A stretch of DNA of 61,342 bases, taken from the NCBI GenBank assembly GCA_964454955.1, contig CAYVVB010000490.1, positions 1 through 61,342 on the forward strand, given 5' to 3'. The notes beneath the pieces are model-generated. The model did no database searches. It saw only the letters and a program-made list of their open reading frames with translations, and was not told the DNA's origin. Source of the stretch: an uncultured Bradyrhizobium sp. (lineage in GTDB: Bacteria > Pseudomonadota > Alphaproteobacteria > Rhizobiales > Xanthobacteraceae). Shown here one piece after another: positions 30,237 through 39,741 of this stretch. The translations under genes and the position numbers were made by a program. How positions within the stretch are numbered: position 1 is the stretch's first letter; every line of letters begins with the position of its first letter.

Positions 30237-30452
30237 TCAATTATCCACGTGCAGGGCTTGCTCAATCGCTTTCAGCCGTTTCCTGAGCGCGCGGTCTATA
30301 GCGCTGACCTCTCTGGGGGCGATTCTTCCCGTGGTGATCTCGGTCAGTATTCTGCGCTGGAACGCCGCGATTTGCTCTAGCGTCATCTGTTCGATTTGAG
30401 CGATCCGCTCCTTAACATCGGCATCTAGCCCCGCCGCTCGCCTGTCGCGCAT
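30237..30452 (-). CDS. Hypothetical helical protein (71 aa)
   Basis: GGGGA RBS; MRDRRAAGLDADVKERIAQIEQMTLEQ... Confidence 0.5.
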   Translation of the reverse strand: MRDRRAAGLDADVKERIAQIEQMTLEQIAAFQRRILTEITTGRIAPREVSAIDRALRKRLKAIEQALHVDN

Positions 30453-30665
30453 GGATTGGTCCCCCGCGTGAGTCGCAGCGCGATCCTCCTCCCCGGCGGG
30501 GCCAAAACTAGGGCGCGGGACCGAGGCGCCTTCGTTATCGTGCCTGTCGCAGCGCGATCGTGTGCGCCGCGGTTGATAAGCCTGCGCATCGCTGGGATTG
30601 ATGGACAAGACAGTGCGAAAGAAGAAGGCGTTCGCCGATTCGAGCGTAATTCCCGAAGTCGGCCG

Positions 30666-30738
30666 AGCTTTCCGAAAATTCATTTTCTTTTTTTGTCGGT
30701 CGGGAGTTGATTCTTCAGGCGAAGCTTTCCGGAAATTC
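30666..30738. repeat. 16-bp direct repeat pair, putative operator
   Basis: AGCTTTCCGAAAATTC (30666) and AGCTTTCCGGAAATTC (30723), 15/16 identical. Confidence 0.7.
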
Positions 30739-30755
30739 TATGTCAGGAGAGCACG

Positions 30756-31199
30756 ATGCAGCGGACATTCGTTTTAGCAATCGTTCTCGGTCTCACGGCA
30801 GCGCACGCCCAAACCGCCGGACAATCGAATGATCAAACGAATATGAGCGGCACAACCGGCGTGGCTTCCAATCCGCTGAGTGTCCCGGCATCGCCATTGC
30901 CATCTTCGCAGGGACAAGCATCTGGCGGCGGAGCGATGGGTTCGACGACGGGGACGACGAGTGCGAGTGGATCATCGGCATCCATTAGCGCACCAGCGTC
31001 GACCGATCCTGAAGCGCCCGTGCAATTGCCCGGGGAGACGCCGGACGCGTCGAGCCAAGCTGCGAAGAGCACGTCGACAACCGGATCAGCGGCAGCTCCG
31101 GCCTCCTCAAGCACGATGTGCGGCCCGACAGTTCCTTCAACGGATGGAGGATCTGCGAACCTCACCGGATTGGCGGGTGCTTCGCTCAACGGATGCTGA
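30756..31199 (+). CDS. Secreted Ser/Thr/Ala-rich protein with two C-terminal Cys
   Basis: AGGAG RBS; signal peptide ending AHA-Q. Confidence 0.75.
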   Translation: MQRTFVLAIVLGLTAAHAQTAGQSNDQTNMSGTTGVASNPLSVPASPLPSSQGQASGGGAMGSTTGTTSASGSSASISAPASTDPEAPVQLPGETPDASSQAAKSTSTTGSAAAPASSSTMCGPTVPSTDGGSANLTGLAGASLNGC

Positions 31200-31261
31200 A
31201 GCTGCAGGCGCTGATTGCAAGCGCACGGGCGTATCGCAATCCGTCATCGAGCGAGTGGCGG

Positions 31262-31519
31262 CTAGTTGCGCCGTTCGGTGGTCCTTTGTTCTGGATTGCT
31301 GTTCGACGTTGTTCCGCCCTCCGCGCCGGCTTCAGCGATCAACGCGGCAGCGTGGTCCTCGACCTCCTTGAGACCCTTGGGGGTCAATTCGTACAGGTCG
31401 CCATCCTTTGCCACATAACCTTCAACGATGAGAGGCTCGAGCTCGCCGCGCTCGTCGTCGGCGAAAGCGATTGACTGGCTGATGTCGCGAAGGATCGCGA
31501 TCTGCGCATCGTTCAGCAC
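31262..31519 (-). CDS. Small hypothetical, possibly winged-helix-like
   Basis: GGAG then GTG; L..EGYV.....YELT.KG pattern. Confidence 0.6.
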   Translation of the reverse strand: MLNDAQIAILRDISQSIAFADDERGELEPLIVEGYVAKDGDLYELTPKGLKEVEDHAAALIAEAGAEGGTTSNSNPEQRTTERRN

Positions 31520-31610
31520 GGATTTACTCCAGGTCCACCGTCCGAAGGGCAAGCCGCGGGGCTAAGAGAAGTTCCCCCCGAGGTATGAGCCGGCGATCCG
31601 GCCGTGAACC

Positions 31611-33659
31611 TCAGCGAAGCTCGGGCGGCACGTTCCGCTCCAGGTCCTCCAGCCAGGCTGCCGCGCTCGCGTCAGAGGGCGCACGCCAGTCGCCACGCGG
31701 CGAGAGCGAGCCGCCCGCCGAAACTTTCGGCCCGTTCGGCAGCGCCGATCGCTTGAACTGGCTGAACTGGAAAAACCGCCGCAGGAACACCTCGAGCCAA
31801 TGCCGGATCTCGGAGAGGCTGTAGGCCCGCCGCTTGTCGGCCGGGAAACCCGGCGGCCACTCGCCCGCCCCGACATCCTTCCACGCCTGCAAAGCCAGAT
31901 AGGCGATCTTCGAGGGCCGCAATCCAAACCGAAGCGTGTAGAACAGGTTGAAATCCTGCAACTCGTAAGGACCGATCGCCGCCTCGGTGCTCTGCGGTTT
32001 TCCGCCGGCCTCGACCGGTACGAGTTCAGGGGAGATTTCCGCGGCCACGATCGCGGCGAGCGTGTTTGCGACCTCGTCGGTAAACTGGCGCGAGGCGATG
32101 ACCCAGCGGATCAGGTGCTGGATCAAGGTCTTCGGCACGCCGGCGTTGACGTTGTAGTGCGACATCTGATCGCCGACGCCGTAAGTGCACCATCCGAGAG
32201 CCAATTCGGAGAGGTCGCCGGTGCCGATGACGATGCCGCCGTAATGATTGGCGAGCCGGAACAGGTAATCGGTGCGCAGCCCCGCCTGCACGTTCTCGAA
32301 GGTGATGTCGTAGACTGCTTCGCCCCGGCCGAAGGGATGGCCGATATCCTTCAGCATCTGGGTCGCCGCGGCGCGGATGTCGAGCTCCTGGGACGCCACC
32401 TGCAACGAGCGCATCAGCGCTAGCGCATAGTCTTTGCTCTGGCTGCCGGTCGCAAAGCCCGGCATGGTGTAGGCGAGGATGTTTGATCTCGGAAGATCCA
32501 GAAGGTCGACGGCTTTGGCGGCGACGATCAGGGCGTGAGTGGAATCCAGGCCGCCGGAGACGCCGATCACCACGCGTTTCGTCCCGATCGCCCGCATCCG
32601 CTGCACGAGGCCCGCAACCTGAATGTTGTAGGCCTCGTAGCAATCGTGTTCGAGCCGGGCCTCATCGCTCGGCACGAACGGAAACCGTTCGACGTTTCGC
32701 GCAAATCCGACGTCGGTTGCGGGAGGCTGCACGGAAAACCCGATTCGCCGATAGCCGCCCCCCTGCCCGCGAACGCGCGCATTGTCGTCGAAGGTCCCCA
32801 TGGAGGCGCGTTCCTGCCGGAGCAGATCGAGGTCGACATCGGCAAAGGTGATCTGCCCGCCTTGGCGGAAGCGCTCGCCTTCCGCCAGCAGGACACCGTT
32901 CTCGAAAACCGAGGTCTGGCCATCCCAGGCAAGATCGGTGGTCGATTCACCTGTGCCGGCCGCGGCGTAGACATAGGCGGCAAGGCAGCGCGCGGAGCAG
33001 GATTGACAAAGAAGAGCGCGCGCGCGGGCGCGACCGATGGTGATCGGGCTTCCGGACAGATTTGCCAGCACCGTGGCGCCGGCGAGCGCAAGCTCCGATC
33101 CCGGCGTCACTGGAATCCACATGTCCTCGCAAATCTCCACCCCGATCTTGAGGCTTGGTACGTCTTTGGCCTCGAAGAGAAGGTCGACGCCGAAGGGCGC
33201 CTCGATCGAGCCAATGGTCATCTGCAGTCCGGTGAGGCCTGCACCCGAAGCGAAGTGGCGGCCCTCGTAGAACTCCCGATAGGTCGGCAGATACGTCTTG
33301 GGCACGACGCCAAGGACGGCTCCCCGATGGATGACGATGGCGCAGTTGTAGATGCGCGCTTCGAAGCGCAATGGCGCGCCAACAATCAGCACCGTCATCA
33401 GTTCCGCCGACGCTTCGGCGATCGCTGCAAGCCCCCGCTCGACTGAATCGAGCAGAGAATCCTGCATCACCAAGTCCTCGATGGCGTAACCCGACAGGCA
33501 CAGTTCGGGAAACACCGCGACTGCGGCGGCTTTCTCGTGCAAGGCTCGGGCCGCAACGATGATGGCCGCGGCATTGGCGGTCGGGTCTGCTACACTGGAG
33601 ACGGTCACGCATGCCGCAACGCGCGCGAAACCATGCCGATAGATCGAATGGAAGCTCAT
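31611..33659 (-). CDS. nadE: Glutamine-dependent NAD+ synthetase
   Basis: Nitrilase domain (FPEL, PKTYLP, EICEDMW) plus SGGLDST synthetase domain. Confidence 0.96.
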   Translation of the reverse strand: MSFHSIYRHGFARVAACVTVSSVADPTANAAAIIVAARALHEKAAAVAVFPELCLSGYAIEDLVMQDSLLDSVERGLAAIAEASAELMTVLIVGAPLRFEARIYNCAIVIHRGAVLGVVPKTYLPTYREFYEGRHFASGAGLTGLQMTIGSIEAPFGVDLLFEAKDVPSLKIGVEICEDMWIPVTPGSELALAGATVLANLSGSPITIGRARARALLCQSCSARCLAAYVYAAAGTGESTTDLAWDGQTSVFENGVLLAEGERFRQGGQITFADVDLDLLRQERASMGTFDDNARVRGQGGGYRRIGFSVQPPATDVGFARNVERFPFVPSDEARLEHDCYEAYNIQVAGLVQRMRAIGTKRVVIGVSGGLDSTHALIVAAKAVDLLDLPRSNILAYTMPGFATGSQSKDYALALMRSLQVASQELDIRAAATQMLKDIGHPFGRGEAVYDITFENVQAGLRTDYLFRLANHYGGIVIGTGDLSELALGWCTYGVGDQMSHYNVNAGVPKTLIQHLIRWVIASRQFTDEVANTLAAIVAAEISPELVPVEAGGKPQSTEAAIGPYELQDFNLFYTLRFGLRPSKIAYLALQAWKDVGAGEWPPGFPADKRRAYSLSEIRHWLEVFLRRFFQFSQFKRSALPNGPKVSAGGSLSPRGDWRAPSDASAAAWLEDLERNVPPELR

Positions 33660-33754
33660 CTCGCCCGAGACCTCCTGATTTCCAGTTCACGGGACATTGC
33701 GTGTTGCGCGAAACAAGGCAAGCGCAGTTTTCGGCAGCAGGCCGCGCCGCCCCC

Positions 33755-33768
33755 TTGATTCAGGTCAA
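33755..33768. promoter_or_regulatory. FNR/FixK-type box between nadE and usp
   Basis: TTGATTCAGGTCAA. Confidence 0.75.
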
Positions 33769-33821
33769 CACGCCGAGGCTCGACGATTGAGATTATCATG
33801 TCGTCGCCTTGGAGGATTCTC

Positions 33822-34664
33822 ATGATCAAGGACATTCTGGTACACATCCCGACAGAGCGCCCGGTGCGGCCCGTCGTTGACGCATCGATCTCGCTGGCAG
33901 CTGCATTCGGGGCCCATATCGACGCAGTCGCAATCGGCTACATATCATCGAGTACCGCCTATGTGATGGATGGAAGCGCGGGCGCCGCCGTTGCGGCCGT
34001 GTTCGAAATGGAAGAGGAACGGGCTGTTCAGCGCGCGGCGGCGGCGCTCGACGTTTTCGAAACGGAAGCCGGCAAGGCTGGTATCTCCTACGACTGCCGC
34101 CCGATCGAAGGAGTGCCGGCGGACGCGGCCGACTCGATCGGCGTTGCCGCCCGCCTCTATGATCTCACGGTGGTCCTGCAGCCGGAGTCGGAACGAGACA
34201 CCTTCGATAACAAGATTCCGGTCGAAATTCTGTTCCGGGCCGGCGGGCCCGTATTGTTTGTTCCTCACATCTTCAGTGGCAGTTTCCGACCCAAGCGTGT
34301 CGGCATCTGTTGGGATGGAAGCCGGGTTGCCGCTCGCGCGCTGAGAGATGCCAGACCCTTTCTGTCACAGGCGGACGCACTGGTCGCGATTTCCATCAAC
34401 GGAACGGAAAGTCTGCCGGCAGAGGCTTCGACGGATAAGCTGGCCAAACATCTGGCGCGCGCGGGGCAGCCGGTCAAACTGGTCGATCTGCCGGCGGCGC
34501 GCTCCGAAATCCAACCGAGCATCCTGTCGCTTGCGGCGGACGAAGAGCTCGACATGCTGGTGATGGGAGCCTACGGGCATTCCCGGCTGCAGGAAGGTAT
34601 CCTCGGTGGCGTCACGCGCGAGATGCTGCAGACCATGACGGTGCCAACCCTGATGACTCATTGA
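33822..34664 (+). CDS. Universal stress protein (tandem USP)
   Basis: MIKDILVH, WDGSRVAARA, MGAYGHSRLQEGILGGVT; GGAGG RBS. Confidence 0.93.
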   Translation: MIKDILVHIPTERPVRPVVDASISLAAAFGAHIDAVAIGYISSSTAYVMDGSAGAAVAAVFEMEEERAVQRAAAALDVFETEAGKAGISYDCRPIEGVPADAADSIGVAARLYDLTVVLQPESERDTFDNKIPVEILFRAGGPVLFVPHIFSGSFRPKRVGICWDGSRVAARALRDARPFLSQADALVAISINGTESLPAEASTDKLAKHLARAGQPVKLVDLPAARSEIQPSILSLAADEELDMLVMGAYGHSRLQEGILGGVTREMLQTMTVPTLMTH

Positions 34665-34821
34665 GGGCAGCGGCGAGCCAGCGGGAGATGACTTAGTGCC
34701 TGCGTGGAGCTAGCCAAGCTCCTCGTGATCATTTGAGCTCGGCCTCGGGGATGGACGCGCAACAACCTCAACCCTATAACCCCGCAGGTTTCGGATAGCT
34801 CCTGCCGTAAAGGTCATCCGC

Positions 34822-35766
34822 TTGGCAATAGAACCTGAGCTCCTTGCCACGCTCGAGCGCCGCTTGGGTCGACTGCATGCCCGGCAGCGCCTGGGGATTG
34901 AAGCGGATCACGAAGCCCAAATCTTCGGACAAGGACTGAATTTCTTTCACATTGAGAACTGGTACTCGGTTCACTCTGTCCTGCGGACGATATTGAAGCT
35001 GTGCGGCCTGTACTGGCGCGGCCGCAGAAATGCCGAGAACATTGTTCTCAACAAGAACGATATCCGCTCTGCCAGGCTGCCGCCCCTCTTCGATGGCTTT
35101 ACGGTCCTTCACATCAGCGATCCCCACGTCGATATGAACCAGCGCGCCATGCTGCGGGTGGCCGAACTGGTCAGGGAGCTGCGATACGATGTGTGCGTAC
35201 TGACCGGCGATTTCCGCGCCAAGACGTTCGGTCCCTACGACGCCGCGTTGAAAGGCATGGCGGGATTGCTCGCTCATCTGAAGCAACCCGTCTACGGCGT
35301 GCTTGGTAATCACGATACGATCCAGATGCTGCCCGGTCTCGAGGCCATGGGCATCAGGATGCTGCAGAATGAATGCGAGGTGATCAAGCGGGGCGATCAG
35401 TCGATCTATCTCGCCGGCATCGATGATGCGCACTACTTCAGGGTCGACAACATCGAAAAGGCGGCCTCGGAAATTCAAGACGGCGCCTTCGCTATTCTCC
35501 TTTCGCACACGCCCGAAATCTATAGACAGGCCGCGCATGCCGGCTTCGACCTGCTGCTAAGCGGCCATACGCATGGGGGGCAGATCTGCCTGCCCGGCGC
35601 GATCCCCATCACGCTCGACTCGGTGCTGCCGCGGCGGATGGGAGCCGGAGCCTGGCGCTATGGCAGGATGCTGGGCTACACCTCGGTCGGCGCCGGATCG
35701 AGTATCGTCGCCGTGCGCTACAACTGCCTGCCGGAAATCACCCTACACCGCTTCTTCCGCACCTGA
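34822..35766 (+). CDS. Calcineurin-like metallophosphoesterase
   Basis: DPH, GD, GNHD, HTP, GHTHGGQ motifs; TTG start. Confidence 0.9.
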   Translation: MAIEPELLATLERRLGRLHARQRLGIEADHEAQIFGQGLNFFHIENWYSVHSVLRTILKLCGLYWRGRRNAENIVLNKNDIRSARLPPLFDGFTVLHISDPHVDMNQRAMLRVAELVRELRYDVCVLTGDFRAKTFGPYDAALKGMAGLLAHLKQPVYGVLGNHDTIQMLPGLEAMGIRMLQNECEVIKRGDQSIYLAGIDDAHYFRVDNIEKAASEIQDGAFAILLSHTPEIYRQAAHAGFDLLLSGHTHGGQICLPGAIPITLDSVLPRRMGAGAWRYGRMLGYTSVGAGSSIVAVRYNCLPEITLHRFFRT

Positions 35767-35767
35767 A

Positions 35768-36256
35768 TCAATAGGGCTGATCGCGGACGTGCAGGTGGTA
35801 CAGCAGACGCGAGACGACTAGTTCGCCGACCAGAAAGATACCGACGCAGATCGCGATTTCGCTGAAGGTGAGCAAGAGCGCGTTTTGGCACACCAGCAGT
35901 GGAACGAGCGATTCGGGAATTTGATCGAGGCCGATCGCTCGGCTGCTGGGTGGAAATCTCATGCGCCGCTTTACAAAGCTGGAGAAGAGATCGCCGATCA
36001 TGGCAAAGGCCGCCAGGACAGCGCCCAGCGCGGCGCTGACGCCAAGCAGTGGTGCGAGGATTGCGGTAACGGCTACTGAAGCCGCAATACCGCGAATGGT
36101 TTTCGAGCTGCCAAACAGCGGTTGCCCGTCGAAGAACTTCAGCCCGGCGTCGAGCGGAAATGCCAGGTGCCGTCCGGCGATTTTCTTGACGATCACCGGC
36201 GTACCGTTTGCAAGCGTCAAGAGGACGAGCGCTTGCAGAATTGGAAAGACCTGCAT
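35768..36256 (-). CDS. CarS-like (CDP-archaeol synthase family) membrane cytidylyltransferase
   Basis: ANGTPV, PLDAG..FFDGQPLFGSSKTIRG, GDLFSSFVKRR, GLDQ. Confidence 0.8.
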   Translation of the reverse strand: MQVFPILQALVLLTLANGTPVIVKKIAGRHLAFPLDAGLKFFDGQPLFGSSKTIRGIAASVAVTAILAPLLGVSAALGAVLAAFAMIGDLFSSFVKRRMRFPPSSRAIGLDQIPESLVPLLVCQNALLLTFSEIAICVGIFLVGELVVSRLLYHLHVRDQPY

Positions 36257-36379
36257 CGTTGTTCCGGGCCGCCTCCGGAGTTAGGCAAGCGATTCTGTGG
36301 TTGATCTTGGTGGTTGGTCCTGGTGATTGGTCTTGGCGGTCGCCAATACATATCAAACCAGGCAATTGAACGTGGTGCG

Positions 36380-37525
36380 TCACGCCAACGCGGCCCGCCT
36401 CCCCGGCTCGTCACTCTGCAGCCACCAGGCAATTCGAGGCCAGGAATTTGCGAGTGTCTGGCTGCCGGCGAAAAGCCCAAGGTGGGTGGAAGGGACGGTT
36501 GCGGTCTTGAGAAGCGCCGCAGGCGTGCCGAGCAGCGACGCCGTCGCCAGTGCCTGCGCGGCGGGCACGACCTCGTCGTCCGTGCCGGCCAGAAGGAAGA
36601 CCGGCGTCTTCACCTGCGCGAGATCAACCTCCCGCCCCAAGGCAACGAAAGATCCCTTTGCCAGACGATTTTCCCTGAAGATCCAGTTCACGACCTGCAG
36701 ATAGTATGTTCCGGGCAAGTCCAATGTCATGTCATGCCAGCGGCGGAAGCGGGCAAGTAACTCCTTCTCGACGGCGACCTCGGGCGACAGTTTTCTTTGC
36801 AAGACCAGCTCCACGTCAGGCGACAGACTCCAGAAACGGAGCATGTGATCGCCCCTGACAACACCGCCACCGCTATCGACCAACCCCGAGAATGCACGGG
36901 GTGACGCCGCAGCAACCATCAGTGACAGCTCGGATTCGACGGAAAGATCGACGGGTGCGCCGACCAGGACCAGCCTGCGAACCTTCTCCGGGAAGCGCGC
37001 GCAATAAATCAGCGATAGCCATCCGCCCTGGCACAGGCCGATAAGGTCGACCGGCGGTCCGATCTGGTCGACCGCGACGTTGAGTTCGGCGAGGTAGCTG
37101 TCGATCGTGAACCATCGCATGTCGGGCGTGGCGGAGCGCCAATCTGTCATATAGAGACGGTCGAGACCGCCGTTCTGAAGCGTGGCTACGATGCTGTGGC
37201 CCGGGGCAAAGTCAGCGATCATCGCGCGGTGCAGCGCGTAAGGTGCGCAGATGAGAACCGCCTGCCCGGTTTGTCGGCGCGAAAAATCCCGCAACCGTAA
37301 GGTGGCGAGTTCAAGCGCGACCCGGTTCGGCGTCGTCCAGGGTAAGGTGGCCTCTTCCGGATATTCGGGATGGCCGAGCCCAAGCCCGCGTTCGACCCAC
37401 CAGAAACAGACATCCACGGCCATTTTCATGGCCGCAGACGACCAGAGCATCGGATCGTGCGACCACGCCGCAGCTGGTCCCATTTTTTCCTGCGGCTTTT
37501 CAGGCTTTCGTTCCGACACCATCAC
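36380..37525 (-). CDS. Cys-nucleophile alpha/beta hydrolase, PHA synthase/depolymerase-related
   Basis: GLCQGG, GTDDEVV, HLGLF; start uncertain. Confidence 0.8.
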   Translation of the reverse strand: MMVSERKPEKPQEKMGPAAAWSHDPMLWSSAAMKMAVDVCFWWVERGLGLGHPEYPEEATLPWTTPNRVALELATLRLRDFSRRQTGQAVLICAPYALHRAMIADFAPGHSIVATLQNGGLDRLYMTDWRSATPDMRWFTIDSYLAELNVAVDQIGPPVDLIGLCQGGWLSLIYCARFPEKVRRLVLVGAPVDLSVESELSLMVAAASPRAFSGLVDSGGGVVRGDHMLRFWSLSPDVELVLQRKLSPEVAVEKELLARFRRWHDMTLDLPGTYYLQVVNWIFRENRLAKGSFVALGREVDLAQVKTPVFLLAGTDDEVVPAAQALATASLLGTPAALLKTATVPSTHLGLFAGSQTLANSWPRIAWWLQSDEPGRRAALA

Positions 37526-37567
37526 CTGGCCATTACATTACACATCGAAGCATTCAGCCTCCCGAAA

Positions 37568-38194
37568 TCAGAAGAAGGCCTCGATTCCGACAGTGGGAAT
37601 ACCCAGCGACTTGAAGCTGTGATGGGTCGCGGCGACCGAGCCGTCGAGATCAATGACGCGGCACGCCTCCTCGATCACCACAGCATCGAAGCCCGCCCGC
37701 CGCGCGTCTTCGGCCGAGTAGCGGACGCAGAAATCGAAGGCCAATCCGGCGAAGAACAGCGTCTTCCACTCACGTTCGCGAAGATAGCCGGCGAGACCGG
37801 TCGACGTCTTGCGGTCGTTTTCGTAGAAGGCCGAATAAGAGTCGATATCGCGATGAACGCCCTTGCGTAGCACAAGACTGGCGCAGTTGGTCTCAAGGCT
37901 CCTGTGAAAATCCGCACCGGCGCTGCCCTGGACGCAATGGTCAGGCCAAAGCACCTGCGATCCGTAGCTCAGCTCGATGGTATCGAAGGGGCGCTTGTGC
38001 GTGTGATTGGACGCGAAAGAGACGTGGTCTCCAGGATGCCAGTCCTGTGTCAGCACCACATTTTCGAATTTTTCCGCGATGCGGTTGATTGCAGGAACGA
38101 CCCTTTCGCCGCCCGGCACGGCGAGCGCACCTCCGGTGCAGAAGTCGTTCTGCACATCAACGACGATCAGAACATCTCTTTCCGAAACCTTCAT
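37568..38194 (-). CDS. pncA: Nicotinamidase/pyrazinamidase
   Basis: VDVQNDFC, TQDWHP, WPDHCVQG, DSYSAF, GLAFDFCV. Confidence 0.95.
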   Translation of the reverse strand: MKVSERDVLIVVDVQNDFCTGGALAVPGGERVVPAINRIAEKFENVVLTQDWHPGDHVSFASNHTHKRPFDTIELSYGSQVLWPDHCVQGSAGADFHRSLETNCASLVLRKGVHRDIDSYSAFYENDRKTSTGLAGYLREREWKTLFFAGLAFDFCVRYSAEDARRAGFDAVVIEEACRVIDLDGSVAATHHSFKSLGIPTVGIEAFF

Positions 38195-38351
38195 GACGAG
38201 AACTCCGCCAGGATCATCCCTCCATCGGCGACCAGCCGTCGCCGGACCTGTCCCGCGCTCCTGGCCATCGCTCGACGCCTGCGCCGCGGCAGTCGGAGAT
38301 ATTCCTGCAATTTAAGGGTATAGTCGAGGACAAGCGGATTGGAGGTTTCAT
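38191..38351 (-). pseudogene. pncB: Remnant of nicotinate phosphoribosyltransferase
   Basis: Frame reads TSNPL-VLDYTLKLQEYLRLPRRRR...QVRRRLVADGGM, resembling the recalled PncB segment ALDCAYKLQEYAGLPRRK...KQVWRR..DGRM; ATG 38351 is out of frame; stop overlaps pncA start. Confidence 0.65.
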
Positions 38352-38428
38352 GAGCAGCCTCGGTCTCTCTCCTCAGGCTAAATCCCGGCCAGCCGGTCGG
38401 TTCATCTCGCGCACCGCCGCCGGGGGCA

Positions 38429-38442
38429 TTGACTTTTGTCAA
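38429..38442. promoter_or_regulatory. FNR/FixK-type box, potentially bidirectional
   Basis: TTGACTTTTGTCAA between divergent pncB remnant and DUF3775 gene. Confidence 0.8.
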
Positions 38443-38500
38443 CGAACGTACGCCTCAGGTGGCTACGCTACGTAAAAAGGATCACCGAAAGGTCGAGAAG

Positions 38501-38917
38501 ATGAGCGAAATCCCGGATCTTGCAATATCACCCGAAAAGGTTGCCGCTATCCTCGCGAAAGCCCGGCAGTTTGACGTCAAGGACGTCGTCACCGATCCCG
38601 ATTCCGGCTCAAACGCCAGCGACGATGCCATGCTGTCGGTACTGGAAGATCATACTGACGATCCCGTGCGGAGCGAACTGCTCGCTTTGATCCGCAGCCT
38701 GAACGAGGACGAACAGGTCGATCTGGTCGCCTTGGTTTGGCTCGGCCGTGGCGACGGCGACCTCGACGACTGGCGAGACCTCCGCGCCGAAGCTGCCCGG
38801 GCGCACAACAGGCGCACCGCTGAATACCTGCTGGGAATCCCGCTCCTCGGCGACTACCTCGAAGAGGCGCTTTCGCAACTTGGCCATTCGTCGGAAGAGT
38901 TTGAACAGCCAGTCTAG
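38501..38917 (+). CDS. DUF3775-family protein
   Basis: AKARQFDVK, LNEDEQVDLVALVWLGRGD, YLLGIPLLGDYLEE. Confidence 0.88.
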   Translation: MSEIPDLAISPEKVAAILAKARQFDVKDVVTDPDSGSNASDDAMLSVLEDHTDDPVRSELLALIRSLNEDEQVDLVALVWLGRGDGDLDDWRDLRAEAARAHNRRTAEYLLGIPLLGDYLEEALSQLGHSSEEFEQPV

Positions 38918-39012
38918 GGGCTCGTCCCGGGCCGAATGGCAGCGGCAGCACAAGGTGAATACCGGCATTTGCCTGGAGACTAGGTTTCAAACAACAGGCT
39001 AAGGGTGACCGC

Positions 39013-39231
39013 ATGCCCTACCGCTCGAATGAAGATCTTCCCTCTTCCGTTCGCAGCCATCTGCCGCCACACGCCCAGGATATCTATCGCGAGGCCTTCA
39101 ACCATGCCTTCGCCTCCCATGCCGGAGAGGTGCGCCAGGAGGAGATCGCGCACCGCACGGCCTGGGCGGCCGTGAAACGGTCCTATGCGAAGGTGGGCGA
39201 GCAGTGGGTGCCTTTGCACGACAGGTACTGA
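39013..39231 (+). CDS. chaB: ChaB-family protein
   Basis: MPY.SNEDLP.SVR.HLP.HAQDIY.EAFN...AHRTAWAAVKRSY. Confidence 0.93.
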   Translation: MPYRSNEDLPSSVRSHLPPHAQDIYREAFNHAFASHAGEVRQEEIAHRTAWAAVKRSYAKVGEQWVPLHDRY

Positions 39232-39280
39232 TCCTTCGCAAAATCGAACGATCCGACTTGTCAGCTCCGTAGAGCCGCGT

Positions 39281-39312
39281 ACCGGGCTGCCGAGAGCTCC
39301 CGGCAGGCCGGT
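39281..39312. terminator. GC hairpin between convergent chaB and HPF genes
   Basis: Imperfect inverted repeat ACCGG(G)CTGCCG...CGGCAGGCCGGT; no U-tract. Confidence 0.45.
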
Positions 39313-39333
39313 CGCGCGCTGAACGCGATGCGC

Positions 39334-39687
39334 TTACGATGACGGGCGGTGCTTGACGTCGCCGCGCATGATCCGTGACTGATCCTGAAGCTGCCGACGG
39401 GCGCGCTTGAAGGCATCATCCACGGCAAAAATCAGATCAGCATAGCGCTCGTCCGCTCTCGGGGTGCGCCCCACGTTGACTTCGCGGCCCGCAGGCAGCG
39501 CGAGCCGGATGCTTACCTGGAACTGACCGCCACTCTGGTGCCGATCGCCGGGACTCCGCACCACGATACGGCCCGAGGTGACCCGACCGAAGCGGTTTTC
39601 GAGCTCGATCATGCGTTGACTGATGGCGGCCTCGAGTTCGGGAGAGACCTGAACACCCTCGAATTCGACTTGAGTTAAGGTTTGCAT
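39334..39687 (-). CDS. HPF/RaiA-family ribosome-associated protein
   Basis: FEGVQVSPELEAAI, VSIRLALP, AVDDAFKRARRQL; GGAGG RBS. Confidence 0.88.
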   Translation of the reverse strand: MQTLTQVEFEGVQVSPELEAAISQRMIELENRFGRVTSGRIVVRSPGDRHQSGGQFQVSIRLALPAGREVNVGRTPRADERYADLIFAVDDAFKRARRQLQDQSRIMRGDVKHRPSS

Positions 39688-39741
39688 GTTCACCTCCGTC
39701 TAAATGTCAGACGTATAGGATCACGCCGCAAGATCGCGGCT

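Noticed and set aside
29908-30286. ORFs across the tRNA
   Set aside because: Spurious translations of tRNA-Ser.
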